From an uncultured Candidatus Rokubacteria bacterium (GTDB lineage Bacteria; Methylomirabilota; Methylomirabilia; Rokubacteriales; DASRDR01): DNA of 64,000 nucleotides. Positions within the stretch are counted from its first letter, which is position 1. Every line of letters starts with the position of its first letter. The stretch covers positions 288,001-352,000 of the forward strand of contig CAVPSB010000002.1 in assembly GCA_963708025.1 (NCBI GenBank). Direction: 5' to 3'. The notes beneath the pieces were generated by a model. The model ran no database searches, had not been told where the DNA came from, and saw only the letters and a list, made by a program, of their open reading frames with translations. Of the stretch, positions 26,944 through 36,504 are shown one piece after another. The position numbers and the translations under genes are program-made.

Positions 26944-28533
26944 TCAGGGCGCGAGGGCCCGGCGGACCGCCTCCACCCGGGCCGCCACCGGCCCCGTCGT
27001 GTCCACGGCGAGGTGCTCCGCCCCCGGCAGCTCGGTGACCGGCTCGAACTCCGCGCGCATGCGCGCGAGGAGCGGCTCCGTCGCGTCGGACACCGAGGGC
27101 CCGGCGGCGCGTCGCCGCAGCCGCTCGCGCAGCGTGGCGTCGTCGCAGGTGGTCTCCACGAAGAGGAAGCGGCGGCGGTGCCGCTCGGCCAGCTCCCGGG
27201 CCCGGCGGCGCAGGTCGCGGTCGCGGAAGGTCGCGTCGAGGATCACCCCCCGGCCGGATCCCAGGACGACGTCGGCGCGGCGGAAGAGCTCGTCGAAGGT
27301 GCGACGCGAGAAGTCGGTCGCGTACGCCTCGGCGGGCGCGCGCTCGGTCGGCCCGATCCCGGCCAGCCACTTGCGCGTCCGGTCGGAGGCCACGACCGGC
27401 AGGGCGAGGGCCCGGGCCAGGGCCTCGGCCATCGCCGTCTTGCCCGTCCCGATGACGCCGCCCACCGCGACGACCGGCCCCGGCTCGGCGGAGCTGCGGG
27501 CCCGGCGCTCCGCGAGGGTGAAGAGCTGGCGGGCCTCCCCGGCCTTGCGCGCGGCCTTGTCCCCGGGCGTCGAGGGGTCGGCGGCCAGGAAGGCGGCGAC
27601 CTTGGCCCGCACCCAGGCACGGTACGACACGTAGAAGTCGACGACGTCGTAGAGGTCGTAGTCGTTCGATTCCAGGGCGAAGCGGCCGAGGAAGCTCGCC
27701 GCCAGGTCCGGGCGGGCCCGCGCCTCCAGCTCCATCACGAGGAAGCCGGCATCGGAGGCCACGTCCCCCATCCGGAAGCGCTCGTTGAACTCGATGCAGT
27801 CGAGGATCAGCGGCGCCGGCCCCTCGAAGTAGACGTGCTCCAGGCGGAGGTCGCCGTGACCGTCGCGGACGCGACCCCGGTCGACCCGGGCCTGGAACCG
27901 GTCGGCGTGGCGCCCGAGGAATCCGACCTGCCAGTCGCGGACGGCGTCGAAGGTGGCCGCGGACAGGAACCGCCCCACGAAGGGGCGGACCTGGTCGAAG
28001 TTCTCCCTGACGTTGGCTCCGATCACGGCGACCGCCCCGTAGTGGGGCGTCGCGGGGGACGCGGCGTAGAAGCGGGCCAGCGTGGCCGCGACGAGCCACA
28101 GGTGATCGTGGGTGAGCGCCCCCGACCGGAGAAGCGCGTCGGCGCTGGCGGCGTCGGGAAGCCGGCGCATCTGGACGGCGTAGTCGACGATCGGGCCGTC
28201 GCCGGTGAGCGTCGGCCCGGCGGGTCCGCGGCGGATGGGGACGACGCCGAGGTAGACGTCGGGAGCGAGCCGGCGGTTCAGGCGCACCTCCTCGTCACAG
28301 AAGTGCCGTCGCCGCTCCAGCGTCGTGTAGTCGAGGAAGCCGTAGTCGACGGGCCGCTTCACCTTCCAGACGTCGTGGTCGGTGAGGAAGACCCACGAGA
28401 TGTGGGTCGCCACCAGGTCGACCCGGGTCGGGGTCGGCGGCGGATAGGCGTCGGGACGCAGCAGGGCCTCGACCAGCGGCGGGCTCGGCCCCACCGGCTC
28501 GGACCCGGACGGCGGCACGTCACCCTTTGACAT
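26944..28533 (-). CDS. Aminoglycoside-phosphotransferase-like plus P-loop kinase fusion (Rv2004c-like)
   Basis: THISWVFLT, KVKRPV..GFLDY, DGHGDLRLEH, DCIEFN; GVIGTGKT Walker A; ILDATF. Confidence 0.9.
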   Translation of the reverse strand: MSKGDVPPSGSEPVGPSPPLVEALLRPDAYPPPTPTRVDLVATHISWVFLTDHDVWKVKRPVDYGFLDYTTLERRRHFCDEEVRLNRRLAPDVYLGVVPIRRGPAGPTLTGDGPIVDYAVQMRRLPDAASADALLRSGALTHDHLWLVAATLARFYAASPATPHYGAVAVIGANVRENFDQVRPFVGRFLSAATFDAVRDWQVGFLGRHADRFQARVDRGRVRDGHGDLRLEHVYFEGPAPLILDCIEFNERFRMGDVASDAGFLVMELEARARPDLAASFLGRFALESNDYDLYDVVDFYVSYRAWVRAKVAAFLAADPSTPGDKAARKAGEARQLFTLAERRARSSAEPGPVVAVGGVIGTGKTAMAEALARALALPVVASDRTRKWLAGIGPTERAPAEAYATDFSRRTFDELFRRADVVLGSGRGVILDATFRDRDLRRRARELAERHRRRFLFVETTCDDATLRERLRRRAAGPSVSDATEPLLARMRAEFEPVTELPGAEHLAVDTTGPVAARVEAVRRALAP

Positions 28534-29965
28534 TGCCGATCGGGCTGAGAAAGACCACCTTGCGGGAGACGTCGAGGCGATGGAGCACGTCCACCACCGC
28601 GGCCAGGTCCTTGTAGGCGAAGCCGGCCTCCTCGGCGACCCCGACCGTGGAGGCGGCGCGCACCACGATGCCGCGCTCGGCCATCTCGCGGATCAGCGCA
28701 TCACCGCGCACCTGGCGCCTGGCCTGCGTGCGCGACATCGTGCGGCCGGCCCCGTGGGCCGTCGAGCCGAAGGTCTCGACCATCGCGTGGGCGGTGCCGA
28801 CGAGGAGCGCGGAGCCGGTCTCCATCGAGCCCCCGATGATCACCGGCTGACCCACCGCCCGGTAGGGCGCCGGCACGTCCGGGGCGCCCGGGCCGAAGGC
28901 GCGGGTGGCGCCCTTTCGGTGCACGACCAGCTCGGCCATCTCGCCGTCCACCCGGTGGCGCTCGAGCTTCGCGGTGTTGTGGCACACGTCGTAGACGACC
29001 GACAGCCCGAGGTCGCGGGGGTCGCGGCCGAAGATCCGCCCCATCACCTCGCGCACCCGGTGGGTGATGACCTGCCGGTTGGCGAAGGCGGTGTTGGCGG
29101 CGGCCGTCATGGCGGCGAAGTAGGCCTGGCCCTCGGGGGAGCGGAACGGCGCGCAGGCGAGCTCCCGGTCGTTGACGGTGATGCCGTAGCGCGGCATCGC
29201 CTCGTCGAAGCGCCGCAGGTAGTCGGTGCCGATCTGGTGGCCGAATCCGCGGGAGCCGCAGTGGAGCATGACCACGACCTGGCCCGGCCGGTCCACCCCC
29301 AGCACCGCCGCCACGCCGGGATCGTGGATGTCGGCGGGCCGGACGACCTGGATCTCGAGATAGTGGTTGCCGGAGCCCAGGGTCCCGAGCTGGTTCAGTC
29401 CCCGCTCGGTCGCCCGCTCGCTGACGTGCGCCGGGTCCGCTCCGGCGAGGCAGCCGCCCCCCTCGATCCGCTCGAGGTCTTCCGGCCAGCCGTAACCGCG
29501 GGCGACGCACCAGCCGGCGCCCTGGACCATGACGTCGCGGAACTCGGCCTCGGTGAGACGCACGAGCCCGTGCGCGCCGACGCCGCTCGGCACGGCGGCG
29601 AAGAGACCGTCGACCAGCTCCCGGAGCTTCGGCCGCACCTCGGCCTCGGTAAGGCTCGTCCGGAGGAGGCGCATCCCGCAGTTGATGTCGAAGCCGATGC
29701 CCCCGGGCGAGATCACGCCGTCCTCGGCCCGGAAGGCGGCGACCCCGCCGATCGGGAACCCGTAGCCCCAGTGGCCGTCCGGCATGCAGAGCGCAGCGCG
29801 CACGATGCCGGGCAGGCACGCCACGTTGGTCACCTGCTCGAAGACGCCCGCGTCCATCTGGCCCAGGAGCGTCTCGGAGGCATAGATGCGGGCCGGCACC
29901 CGCATCCCGGGCTTCTCGCTCGTCGGGATCTCCCAGATGCACTCGCCGGCCGGCCGGATCTTCAT
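28520..29965 (-). CDS. rtcB: RNA ligase RtcB
   Basis: MPDGHWGYGFPIGG, GFDINCG, GTLGSGNHYLE, HCGSRGFGH, YDVCHN, HRKGAT, HGAGR; GGAGG RBS, ATG 29965. Confidence 0.96.
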   Translation of the reverse strand: MKIRPAGECIWEIPTSEKPGMRVPARIYASETLLGQMDAGVFEQVTNVACLPGIVRAALCMPDGHWGYGFPIGGVAAFRAEDGVISPGGIGFDINCGMRLLRTSLTEAEVRPKLRELVDGLFAAVPSGVGAHGLVRLTEAEFRDVMVQGAGWCVARGYGWPEDLERIEGGGCLAGADPAHVSERATERGLNQLGTLGSGNHYLEIQVVRPADIHDPGVAAVLGVDRPGQVVVMLHCGSRGFGHQIGTDYLRRFDEAMPRYGITVNDRELACAPFRSPEGQAYFAAMTAAANTAFANRQVITHRVREVMGRIFGRDPRDLGLSVVYDVCHNTAKLERHRVDGEMAELVVHRKGATRAFGPGAPDVPAPYRAVGQPVIIGGSMETGSALLVGTAHAMVETFGSTAHGAGRTMSRTQARRQVRGDALIREMAERGIVVRAASTVGVAEEAGFAYKDLAAVVDVLHRLDVSRKVVFLSPIGNVKG

Positions 29966-30092
29966 CGGAACCTCCCGCCTACCCCCCCGGAGGATCTCAG
30001 AGCATGTGAAGGGGATCGGGGCCTCCGGCCCCCCCTCCCCCCGGTGGGTGGGGGAGGGGGGCTGGGGGGGTGGGAGGGAGGTCCCGAAAATC

Positions 30093-30521
30093 TCAGATGT
30101 CGATGACGACCTCTGCCCGCCACCCGGCGCCGGCCGGCTCGACGCTGAAGCGGTGGAACGTGACCGCCTTCGCGTCGGCCCGGAGGCCGGTCCGTGAGGG
30201 GTCGATGATATCGCCCCGAACACGCGCCTGCAGACTCGCCGGCCCCGGACCCGTCACGCGCACCCGCGTTTCCGGGTACACCTCGCGGTCACGGTCCTTC
30301 CGGAAGATCAGCTCCGAGAGCCAGTCGTAGAAGAGCAGGTCCACTCGCGGCGCCGTCAGGTCGATCCGCCGCTCGACTGACCGCGGGACGGTCGCCGGGT
30401 CCACCATCAGGTCCACGAGTGCGGCGGCCCCGGTCTCGAAGAGGTCGTCGAGGTCGTCGGCCTCGATCCGCACGGCGCAGTCAGCCAGTGCGATCTCTTC
30501 GAGGAAGACGTAGCGGCCCAT
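30093..30521 (-). CDS. Archease
   Basis: YVFLEEIALAD, DWLSELIF, KAVTFH, C-terminal VIDI; directly upstream of rtcB. Confidence 0.92.
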   Translation of the reverse strand: MGRYVFLEEIALADCAVRIEADDLDDLFETGAAALVDLMVDPATVPRSVERRIDLTAPRVDLLFYDWLSELIFRKDRDREVYPETRVRVTGPGPASLQARVRGDIIDPSRTGLRADAKAVTFHRFSVEPAGAGWRAEVVIDI

Positions 30522-30617
30522 GCTCACCGCGCCGGGCGACACCGGCGCCACGCTGGAAGACCCGGGCCGGCCGACGCCGCCGCGCCGCTCGGGCGGGCGG
30601 GGGCGCCGCCGGCCCCT

Positions 30618-31064
30618 CTACCACAGGAATGGCTCGACGGCCGCGGCCCGGGCCGGGGACTCGCGAATCACGGCCCGGAGGAGGTCGCGCTCGGTGACGA
30701 TGCCGGTGAGTCGGCCGTTCTCGACGACGGGCACGCTGCCGATCCGCCGCTCGTACATGAGCGCGGCGGCGCGGGCCACGGCGGCGTCGGGCTCGACCGT
30801 GACGACACCGCAGGTCATCACGTCCTGGACCTGCAGGTCGTGGTCTGCCTCGCGCAGGGCGTGGCAGCGGGCGAGCACGGCCTGGCGCAGGTCCCGATCC
30901 GTCACGATGCCGACGAGGCGGCCGTCCGGCTCCACGACGGGCAGGTGGCGGATCTCCCGCGCCCGCATGGCGGTGAGGGCCGCTCCCAAGGGCGCGTCCG
31001 GCGTGATCGTGACGGGGTCGCGGCTCATGAGGTCGCGAACGCGGAGCCGGCTGATCGGGCTCAT
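30618..31064 (-). CDS. CBS-domain protein
   Basis: Two CBS repeats (IRHLPVV..GIVTDRDL; IGSVPVV..GIVTERDL). Confidence 0.9.
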   Translation of the reverse strand: MSPISRLRVRDLMSRDPVTITPDAPLGAALTAMRAREIRHLPVVEPDGRLVGIVTDRDLRQAVLARCHALREADHDLQVQDVMTCGVVTVEPDAAVARAAALMYERRIGSVPVVENGRLTGIVTERDLLRAVIRESPARAAAVEPFLW

Positions 31065-31092
31065 GGTGCTATGTCCCTGGCGGTCGGCTCCT

Positions 31093-31650
31093 TCATTGCT
31101 CGAGGCCCCAGCGCTCCGGGCGGGACAGCACGCCTTCCCCGAGCACCCCGATCAAGGTCTTCACCAGGTCGGTCTCGGTGAGGATACCAACGACCCGACC
31201 CCGCTCCACCACCGGCAGCGCGCCCACCTTGTGCGTGTGCATGACGCGCGCCGCCTCGCGCAGGTCCGAATCGGGGCGGACGGTGATGGCGCCCCACGTC
31301 ATGACGTCCTTGATCGTCAAGACGTTCAACGCCCGAGGGGCGTTGCCGAGCTGCGCCTGGAGGTCCGGATCGAGGATCACCTGCCGGAGGTCCCGGTCGG
31401 TCACGATGCCGACCAGCCGGCCGCCGGCCCCGAGCACGGGCAGGTGGCGGACCTTGCGCGCCTTCATGACCTTCCAGCCGGCGCCGATGGTCGCGTCCTG
31501 GCGGATCGTCACCGGCCCCCGGCTCATCAGCTCGCTGACGCGCAGGCGCTCGGGCCACGTCTGGGCTTCGAGCTCGGCGCGCTCCCGCCCCTGGCGCTTG
31601 GGCTGGCGGGTCCGGATGTCGCGGGTGATGGCACGCTTGGGATGTCGCAT
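31093..31650 (-). CDS. CBS-domain protein
   Basis: Two CBS repeats after a basic N-terminal extension. Confidence 0.88.
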   Translation of the reverse strand: MRHPKRAITRDIRTRQPKRQGRERAELEAQTWPERLRVSELMSRGPVTIRQDATIGAGWKVMKARKVRHLPVLGAGGRLVGIVTDRDLRQVILDPDLQAQLGNAPRALNVLTIKDVMTWGAITVRPDSDLREAARVMHTHKVGALPVVERGRVVGILTETDLVKTLIGVLGEGVLSRPERWGLEQ

Positions 31651-31686
31651 CAGGATTCTCTCCGCTTCAGGCGGCCGGGCCGCGCG

Positions 31687-31779
31687 TCAGCGACCGGTGT
31701 AGAGCCAGACGACGAAAGCGGCGACGAGGACGACCACGCCCGCCACGATGACCCACTGGTCCCGAATGGCCTCGACCAT
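31687..31779 (-). CDS. 30-aa single-TM small protein
   Basis: GGAGG RBS 6 nt before the ATG; MVEAIRDQWVIVAGVVVLVAAFVVWLYTGR. Confidence 0.6.
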   Translation of the reverse strand: MVEAIRDQWVIVAGVVVLVAAFVVWLYTGR

Positions 31780-31897
31780 GACGTACCTCCTGCCGGCTGG
31801 CCGCCGGGCGGCGCGTCGGCCGCCACGGCCTCGAACCCGAGGCGCCCGGGGCCGGACGATCGCCCGGACCGGCCGCGTCCGGCCGTTCCAATCTACC

Positions 31898-31913
31898 AGC
31901 AAGCGGTCTGCCA
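31898..31913 (-). promoter_or_regulatory. Sigma-54 promoter
   Basis: Minus strand TGGCAGACCGCTTGCT. Confidence 0.7.
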
Positions 31914-32041
31914 GGTGGGACCTCGGGATTCCAGCCGGTTGGCCAGGGAAGGCCCCGCCGTCGCTGTCCCGGCGACCTCCCCGGCTGGGGCGAGGCCTCC
32001 TCGGGTAGCGGACCGGCGTGGATCAGCCACCACCCGGGACC

Positions 32042-32057
32042 TGGCAAGACCGATGCA
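32042..32057 (+). promoter_or_regulatory. Sigma-54 promoter
   Basis: TGGCAAGACCGATGCA, divergent partner of the 31898 site. Confidence 0.6.
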
Positions 32058-32108
32058 AAGCCGTCCATCTCGAGGGCGGCGCGCGGGCGCCCCCGGAGGA
32101 GGACGCGT

Positions 32109-32306
32109 ATGGCAGCAGCACCTCGCCAGCAGCCCCGGTCCCCGAAGGCCGGACGTCCGCCGCAGGAGAGCGCGGTTCCGGCCAGGGTCCGTCGCCGCCA
32201 GAAGACGGCACGGGTCGCGGTGCGGAAGGACACGATGGTAAGCGAAGCTCCAGTGGGGCCGCGCATCCTCTGGGGGCGCACCCAGCCCAAGATCAAGAAG
32301 GGGTAA
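32109..32306 (+). CDS. Small basic hypothetical protein
   Basis: GGAGGAGG RBS; first ORF after the sigma-54 site; no recognisable domain. Confidence 0.45.
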   Translation: MAAAPRQQPRSPKAGRPPQESAVPARVRRRQKTARVAVRKDTMVSEAPVGPRILWGRTQPKIKKG

Positions 32307-32486
32307 CGCGCTCCCGGCCGCTGTCGCGCTCGCCGTTCACCGGGCCTGGTGCCCCATGCCCGCCCCAGTGGGGCGGAACTACCCCGGCCGGCGACGCTCG
32401 AGGGGACCTGGCCCGGTCGCTCCCAGAGGCCCGGCCGGTGGGCGACCCTGGCGGCGACGTGGGGCTTGACCGGGGGGAGATCCGTT

Positions 32487-32927
32487 ATGAAGAACGTCAT
32501 GGTAGCGGTGGATGGGTCGCCACCCGCCGCCAGGGCGGTGGCGTTGGGAGTCGATCTCGCCAGGCGGTACGGGGCGGCGCTGCACCTGGTGCACGTCGTC
32601 ACCGAGGCGACCGTGCCCGAGGGATTCGAGGAGTTCGCACGGGTCGAGCGTGTTGACAACCCCGCCAGGGTCAGGATGGAGCGAGTGGGTGAGGCGGTTC
32701 TCGGGGTCGCCCGAGCCGATGCGACGGCGAAGGGCGTCGAGGACGTGCGCACCCAGGCGGTGACCGGTGATCCGGCCGAGCGGCTGCTCGGCTATGCCCA
32801 CGATCACGGGATCGAACTGATCGTCATGGGGCGCCGCGGCCTCGGGCCGATGCGGGGCCTGCTCATGGGCAGCGTGTCGGTGAAGGTGAGCAGCCTCGCC
32901 GAGTGCCCCGTGGTCACCGTCAAGTGA
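32487..32927 (+). CDS. Universal stress protein
   Basis: MKNVMVAVDGS..LIVMGRRGLG..LLMGSVS..CPVVTVK. Confidence 0.94.
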   Translation: MKNVMVAVDGSPPAARAVALGVDLARRYGAALHLVHVVTEATVPEGFEEFARVERVDNPARVRMERVGEAVLGVARADATAKGVEDVRTQAVTGDPAERLLGYAHDHGIELIVMGRRGLGPMRGLLMGSVSVKVSSLAECPVVTVK

Positions 32928-32943
32928 TCGGCGAGGCCTTCGA

Positions 32944-33873
32944 GTGAACCGGCGGATGACCGTCGAGACCGTGATGTCCCGCGACCCCCTGACGATCCGG
33001 CCCGACGCGGCGCTCCGGGAGGCGTCGGAGGTCATGCGGAGCAGGGGGGTCCACCACCTGCCCGTGGTCGGGGAAGGCGGACGCCTCATCGGGATCATCA
33101 CGGACCGCGACCTGATGCATGCGGCCCTCCTGCCCGCTCTCGCCGACCAGATGCCCTGGGACGCGCGTCGCGTCAGGTTGCCGCGCGTCCGCGACGCGAT
33201 GACGTGGGCGGTCGTGACGACGCGACCCGACGCCACGCTCGTCGAGGCGGGCCTCGTGATGGTCGAGCGTCACATCGGGAGCTTGCCGGTTGTCGAGGGG
33301 GACCGGCTGGTGGGCATCCTGACCGAGCACGACGTGCTCGAGGCCCTGAGAACGGACATCAGCCCCGACTCGGGGGCTCCAGCTGGTGAGACGCCCCTTG
33401 CATCAGATGACCTGGAGACTGATCGGCGGGCCCGGAGGCCGAGGAGTACCGGCGTGATCGCTCGTGACGTGATGACCCCGAACCCCGTGACCGTGACCCC
33501 GCAAGCCAGCGTCGCGGAGGTCTGGGATCTCATGCGCGAGTTCGACATCCGACACGTCCCGGTCCTGCAAGACGGCGCGCTCGTCGGCATGATGAGCGAT
33601 CGTGACGTGGCCTATCTGGACGTGGCCCGTTTCCTGGCCATCGAGGGGGCCGATGCCCTCCAGCGCCAGCTGGCCACGCCCGTCATCAACGTCATGAGCT
33701 CGGACGTCGTCTTCGTCGAGCCGGAAACGGCGCTGAGCGACGTGATCGGGCTCATGCTGGAGCACCGGATCGGCGCGGTTCCCGTGGTCACACCGGGGAG
33801 CCGCCAGGTCGAGGGCATCGTGAGTTACGTCGACGTGCTGGGGGCCGTCCAAGATCTCCTCGAGGATGAGTGA
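32944..33873 (+). CDS. Protein with two CBS pairs
   Basis: Four CBS repeats joined by a low-complexity linker. Confidence 0.87.
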   Translation: MNRRMTVETVMSRDPLTIRPDAALREASEVMRSRGVHHLPVVGEGGRLIGIITDRDLMHAALLPALADQMPWDARRVRLPRVRDAMTWAVVTTRPDATLVEAGLVMVERHIGSLPVVEGDRLVGILTEHDVLEALRTDISPDSGAPAGETPLASDDLETDRRARRPRSTGVIARDVMTPNPVTVTPQASVAEVWDLMREFDIRHVPVLQDGALVGMMSDRDVAYLDVARFLAIEGADALQRQLATPVINVMSSDVVFVEPETALSDVIGLMLEHRIGAVPVVTPGSRQVEGIVSYVDVLGAVQDLLEDE

Positions 33874-33896
33874 GCCGTCCCACAAGGAGGACCGTC

Positions 33897-35519
33897 ATGC
33901 CATACAAGCAGGTGCTGTTCCGGTCGGAAGCGCGCGAGCGGGTGCTTCGCGGCGTGAGCGCGCTGGCCGATGCCGTGCGGGTGACGCTGGGGCCGAAGTC
34001 CAAGTGCGTCCTCATCGAGAAGAAGTTCGGCCCGCCGGTGGTGTGCAACGACGGGGTCACGATCGCCAAGGAGATGGAGATGAAGGACCCCGTCGAGAAC
34101 CTCGGTGCCCAGATGATCCGCCAGGCGGCCGAGCGGACCGGGGACGCGGTCGGCGACGGCACCAGCACCGCGACGCTGCTCGCCCACGCCATCTTCGCCG
34201 ACGGCGTGCGGAACGTGGTGGCGGGGGCCAGCGCCGTCGACCTGAAGCGGGGGCTCGACCGGGGCCTCTCGGTCACCGTCGCGAGCCTGCGCGAGCTGTC
34301 CCGGCCGGTGAAGAGCCGGCTGGAGAAGGCGCAGGTCGCGACCATCTCCGGCCACAACGACCCGGCCATCGGCGAGCTGGTGGCCGAGGCCATGGAGAAG
34401 GTCGGCGACGAGGGCGTCATCTCGCTGGAAGAGTCGAAGACGACCGAGACCCAGCTGGAGGTCGTCGAGGGGCTCCAGTTCGACCGCGGGTACCTCTCGC
34501 CCTACTTCATCACGGATCCGGAGAAGATGGAGGCGGTGCTCGAGGATCCGCTCATCCTCCTCACCGACAAGAAGCTCGCCGTGATGAAGGACCTGCTCCC
34601 GGTCCTGGAGCGGGTCGCGCAGGCCGGCACCGCCGTCCTGATCATCGCCGACGACGTGGAGGGGGAGGCGCTGGCGACGGTCGTCGTGAACAAGATCCGG
34701 GGCGCGCTCAAGTGCGTGGCCGTCAAGGCCCCCGGCTTCGGCGATCGCCGCAAGGAGATGCTGGCGGACATGGCCATCCTCACCGGTGGGCAGGTGGTCG
34801 CGGAGGAGCTGGGGATCAAGTTCGAGAGCCTGGAGCTGCGGGAGCTGGGGCGGGCCCAGCGCGTCGTCGTGGACAAGGACACCACCACGATCATCGGCGG
34901 GGCCGGCGACAAGAAGGCCATCGAGGGGCGGAAGGTGCAGCTGCGCCAGCAGATCGAGAAGGCCACCAGCGAGTACGACAAGGAGAAGCTCCAGGAGCGG
35001 CTGGCCAAGCTCTCGGGCGGAGTGGCCGTGATCCGGGTAGGGGCGCCCTCGGAGGCGGAGATGAAAAGCAAGAAGGAGGCCCTCGAGGACGCCATTAGCG
35101 CCACCAAGGCCGCGGTGGCCGAGGGGATCGTCCCGGGTGGCGGGCTGGCGCTGCTCCGGGCGACGGCGGCCCTGGAGCGCGAGGAAGGGAAGTGCGAGGG
35201 CGACGAGCGGACCGGGCTCGCGATCCTGCGGCGCGCGCTCGAGATGCCCACCCGCCAGATCGCCGAGAACTCCGCGGTGGACGGCGGCGTGGTGGTCAAC
35301 CAGATGCGGGCCGGCACCGGCAACGTGGGCTTCGATGCCGCGCGGAAGCAGTACGTGGACCTGGTCGAGGCGGGCATCGTCGATCCGACCAAGGTCGTGC
35401 GGATCGCGCTCGAGAACGCGGTGTCGGTGGCGAGCGTGCTCCTCTTGACCGAGGCCACGCTCACCGAGGTCCCGGAGAAGAAGGGGGAGGAGCGGATGCC
35501 GTCGCTCGAGGGAGCCTGA
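33897..35519 (+). CDS. groL: Chaperonin GroEL
   Basis: [65 protein letters not shown]. Confidence 0.97.
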   Translation: MPYKQVLFRSEARERVLRGVSALADAVRVTLGPKSKCVLIEKKFGPPVVCNDGVTIAKEMEMKDPVENLGAQMIRQAAERTGDAVGDGTSTATLLAHAIFADGVRNVVAGASAVDLKRGLDRGLSVTVASLRELSRPVKSRLEKAQVATISGHNDPAIGELVAEAMEKVGDEGVISLEESKTTETQLEVVEGLQFDRGYLSPYFITDPEKMEAVLEDPLILLTDKKLAVMKDLLPVLERVAQAGTAVLIIADDVEGEALATVVVNKIRGALKCVAVKAPGFGDRRKEMLADMAILTGGQVVAEELGIKFESLELRELGRAQRVVVDKDTTTIIGGAGDKKAIEGRKVQLRQQIEKATSEYDKEKLQERLAKLSGGVAVIRVGAPSEAEMKSKKEALEDAISATKAAVAEGIVPGGGLALLRATAALEREEGKCEGDERTGLAILRRALEMPTRQIAENSAVDGGVVVNQMRAGTGNVGFDAARKQYVDLVEAGIVDPTKVVRIALENAVSVASVLLLTEATLTEVPEKKGEERMPSLEGA

Positions 35520-35535
35520 TCCGGGCGAGGGCGGG

Positions 35536-35703
35536 AACTATCCGGACATCTGGCCGGACATCTGGCGCCACATCCGCGACCTCGCCGCGCTCGCGGAGCA
35601 CCCGTTCCGCTTCTACGAGCGCTGCGGATACGTGGTCTACGGCCTCCTGCCCGACGCCAGCGGCTGGGGGAAGTCGGGCATCCTGATGGCGAAGCGCCTG
35701 GGC
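35536..35703 (+). pseudogene. C-terminal remnant of an AAC(6')-Ia-like GNAT acetyltransferase
   Basis: YPDIWPDIWRHIRDL..HPFRFYERCGYVVYGLLPDASGWGKSGILMAKRL resembles the family C-terminus; no start; 12-nt tandem duplication CCGGACATCTGG. Confidence 0.6.
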
Positions 35704-35722
35704 TCCGCGCCCTGGCGCGCGG

Positions 35723-36250
35723 TCAGGCGCCGCGCTGCCTCGTGGCCGCCCGCCGTCGGGAGCGAGCGGGACGACGGCTGCGGCGGCCGCGGGTGGCGCT
35801 CCGCGTCCCGCTTCGCACGCTGAGGACCGGGCAGGTGGCGGTCGCGATGACCCGGCTGGCCACGCTCCCCAGAAAGAGCCGCGCCAGCCCGGTCCGCCCG
35901 TGGGTGCCGATGACGAGCACGTCGGCGCGAGCCGAGCGAGCGGCCCGGGCGATCCGATCGTGGGGGATGCCTTCCAGGATGAGGCCGCGCGCCCGGACCC
36001 CGCCGGCCTTCGCCCGCGCCACCAGCCGATCGAGCTGCTTCTTCGCCGCGGCCCGCATGTCGGCCAGCAGGCGGTCGTAGGTCTGGGGCCAGGCGTAGCC
36101 ATCCGGCGTGTAGACAACCGGCGGCGTCAGCACGTGCAGCGCGATCAGCTGCGCGCGGTTGGCCCGCGCGAGCTCGAGGGCCCGGGCGAACGCCGGCCGG
36201 GACGCCGGCGAGAAGTCCGTGGCGTGCAGGATGCGTCGGATCGCGGCCAT
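35723..36250 (-). CDS. Universal stress protein
   Basis: RILHATDFS..VIGTHGRTG..LGSVA..CPVLSV; ATG 36250. Confidence 0.92.
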   Translation of the reverse strand: MAAIRRILHATDFSPASRPAFARALELARANRAQLIALHVLTPPVVYTPDGYAWPQTYDRLLADMRAAAKKQLDRLVARAKAGGVRARGLILEGIPHDRIARAARSARADVLVIGTHGRTGLARLFLGSVASRVIATATCPVLSVRSGTRSATRGRRSRRPARSRRRAATRQRGA

Positions 36251-36504
36251 CAGGGCCTCCTCGCCGCCGCTTCCGCCAGGTACTCGACGCAGCCGTCCAG
36301 CGTCGCGAGCTTCGGGTAGTCGACCTCCGGCACGTCGACGCCGAGCGCCTGGTGGAGGGCGATCATGAAATTGAGGAAATCCATCGAGTCCAGATCGAGC
36401 TGGTCGCGGAAGCTCACGTCCGGCTCGACACGCGCGGGGTCGGCCTCCGGGGCGACCTCCCCCAGGCAATGCAGCACGGTGGCCCGGAGCTCGTCCCGGG
36501 TCAC
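36250..36504 (-). CDS. Acyl carrier protein
   Basis: LDLDSMDF phosphopantetheine motif; GTG overlaps the E2 stop. Confidence 0.9.
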   Translation of the reverse strand: MTRDELRATVLHCLGEVAPEADPARVEPDVSFRDQLDLDSMDFLNFMIALHQALGVDVPEVDYPKLATLDGCVEYLAEAAARRP

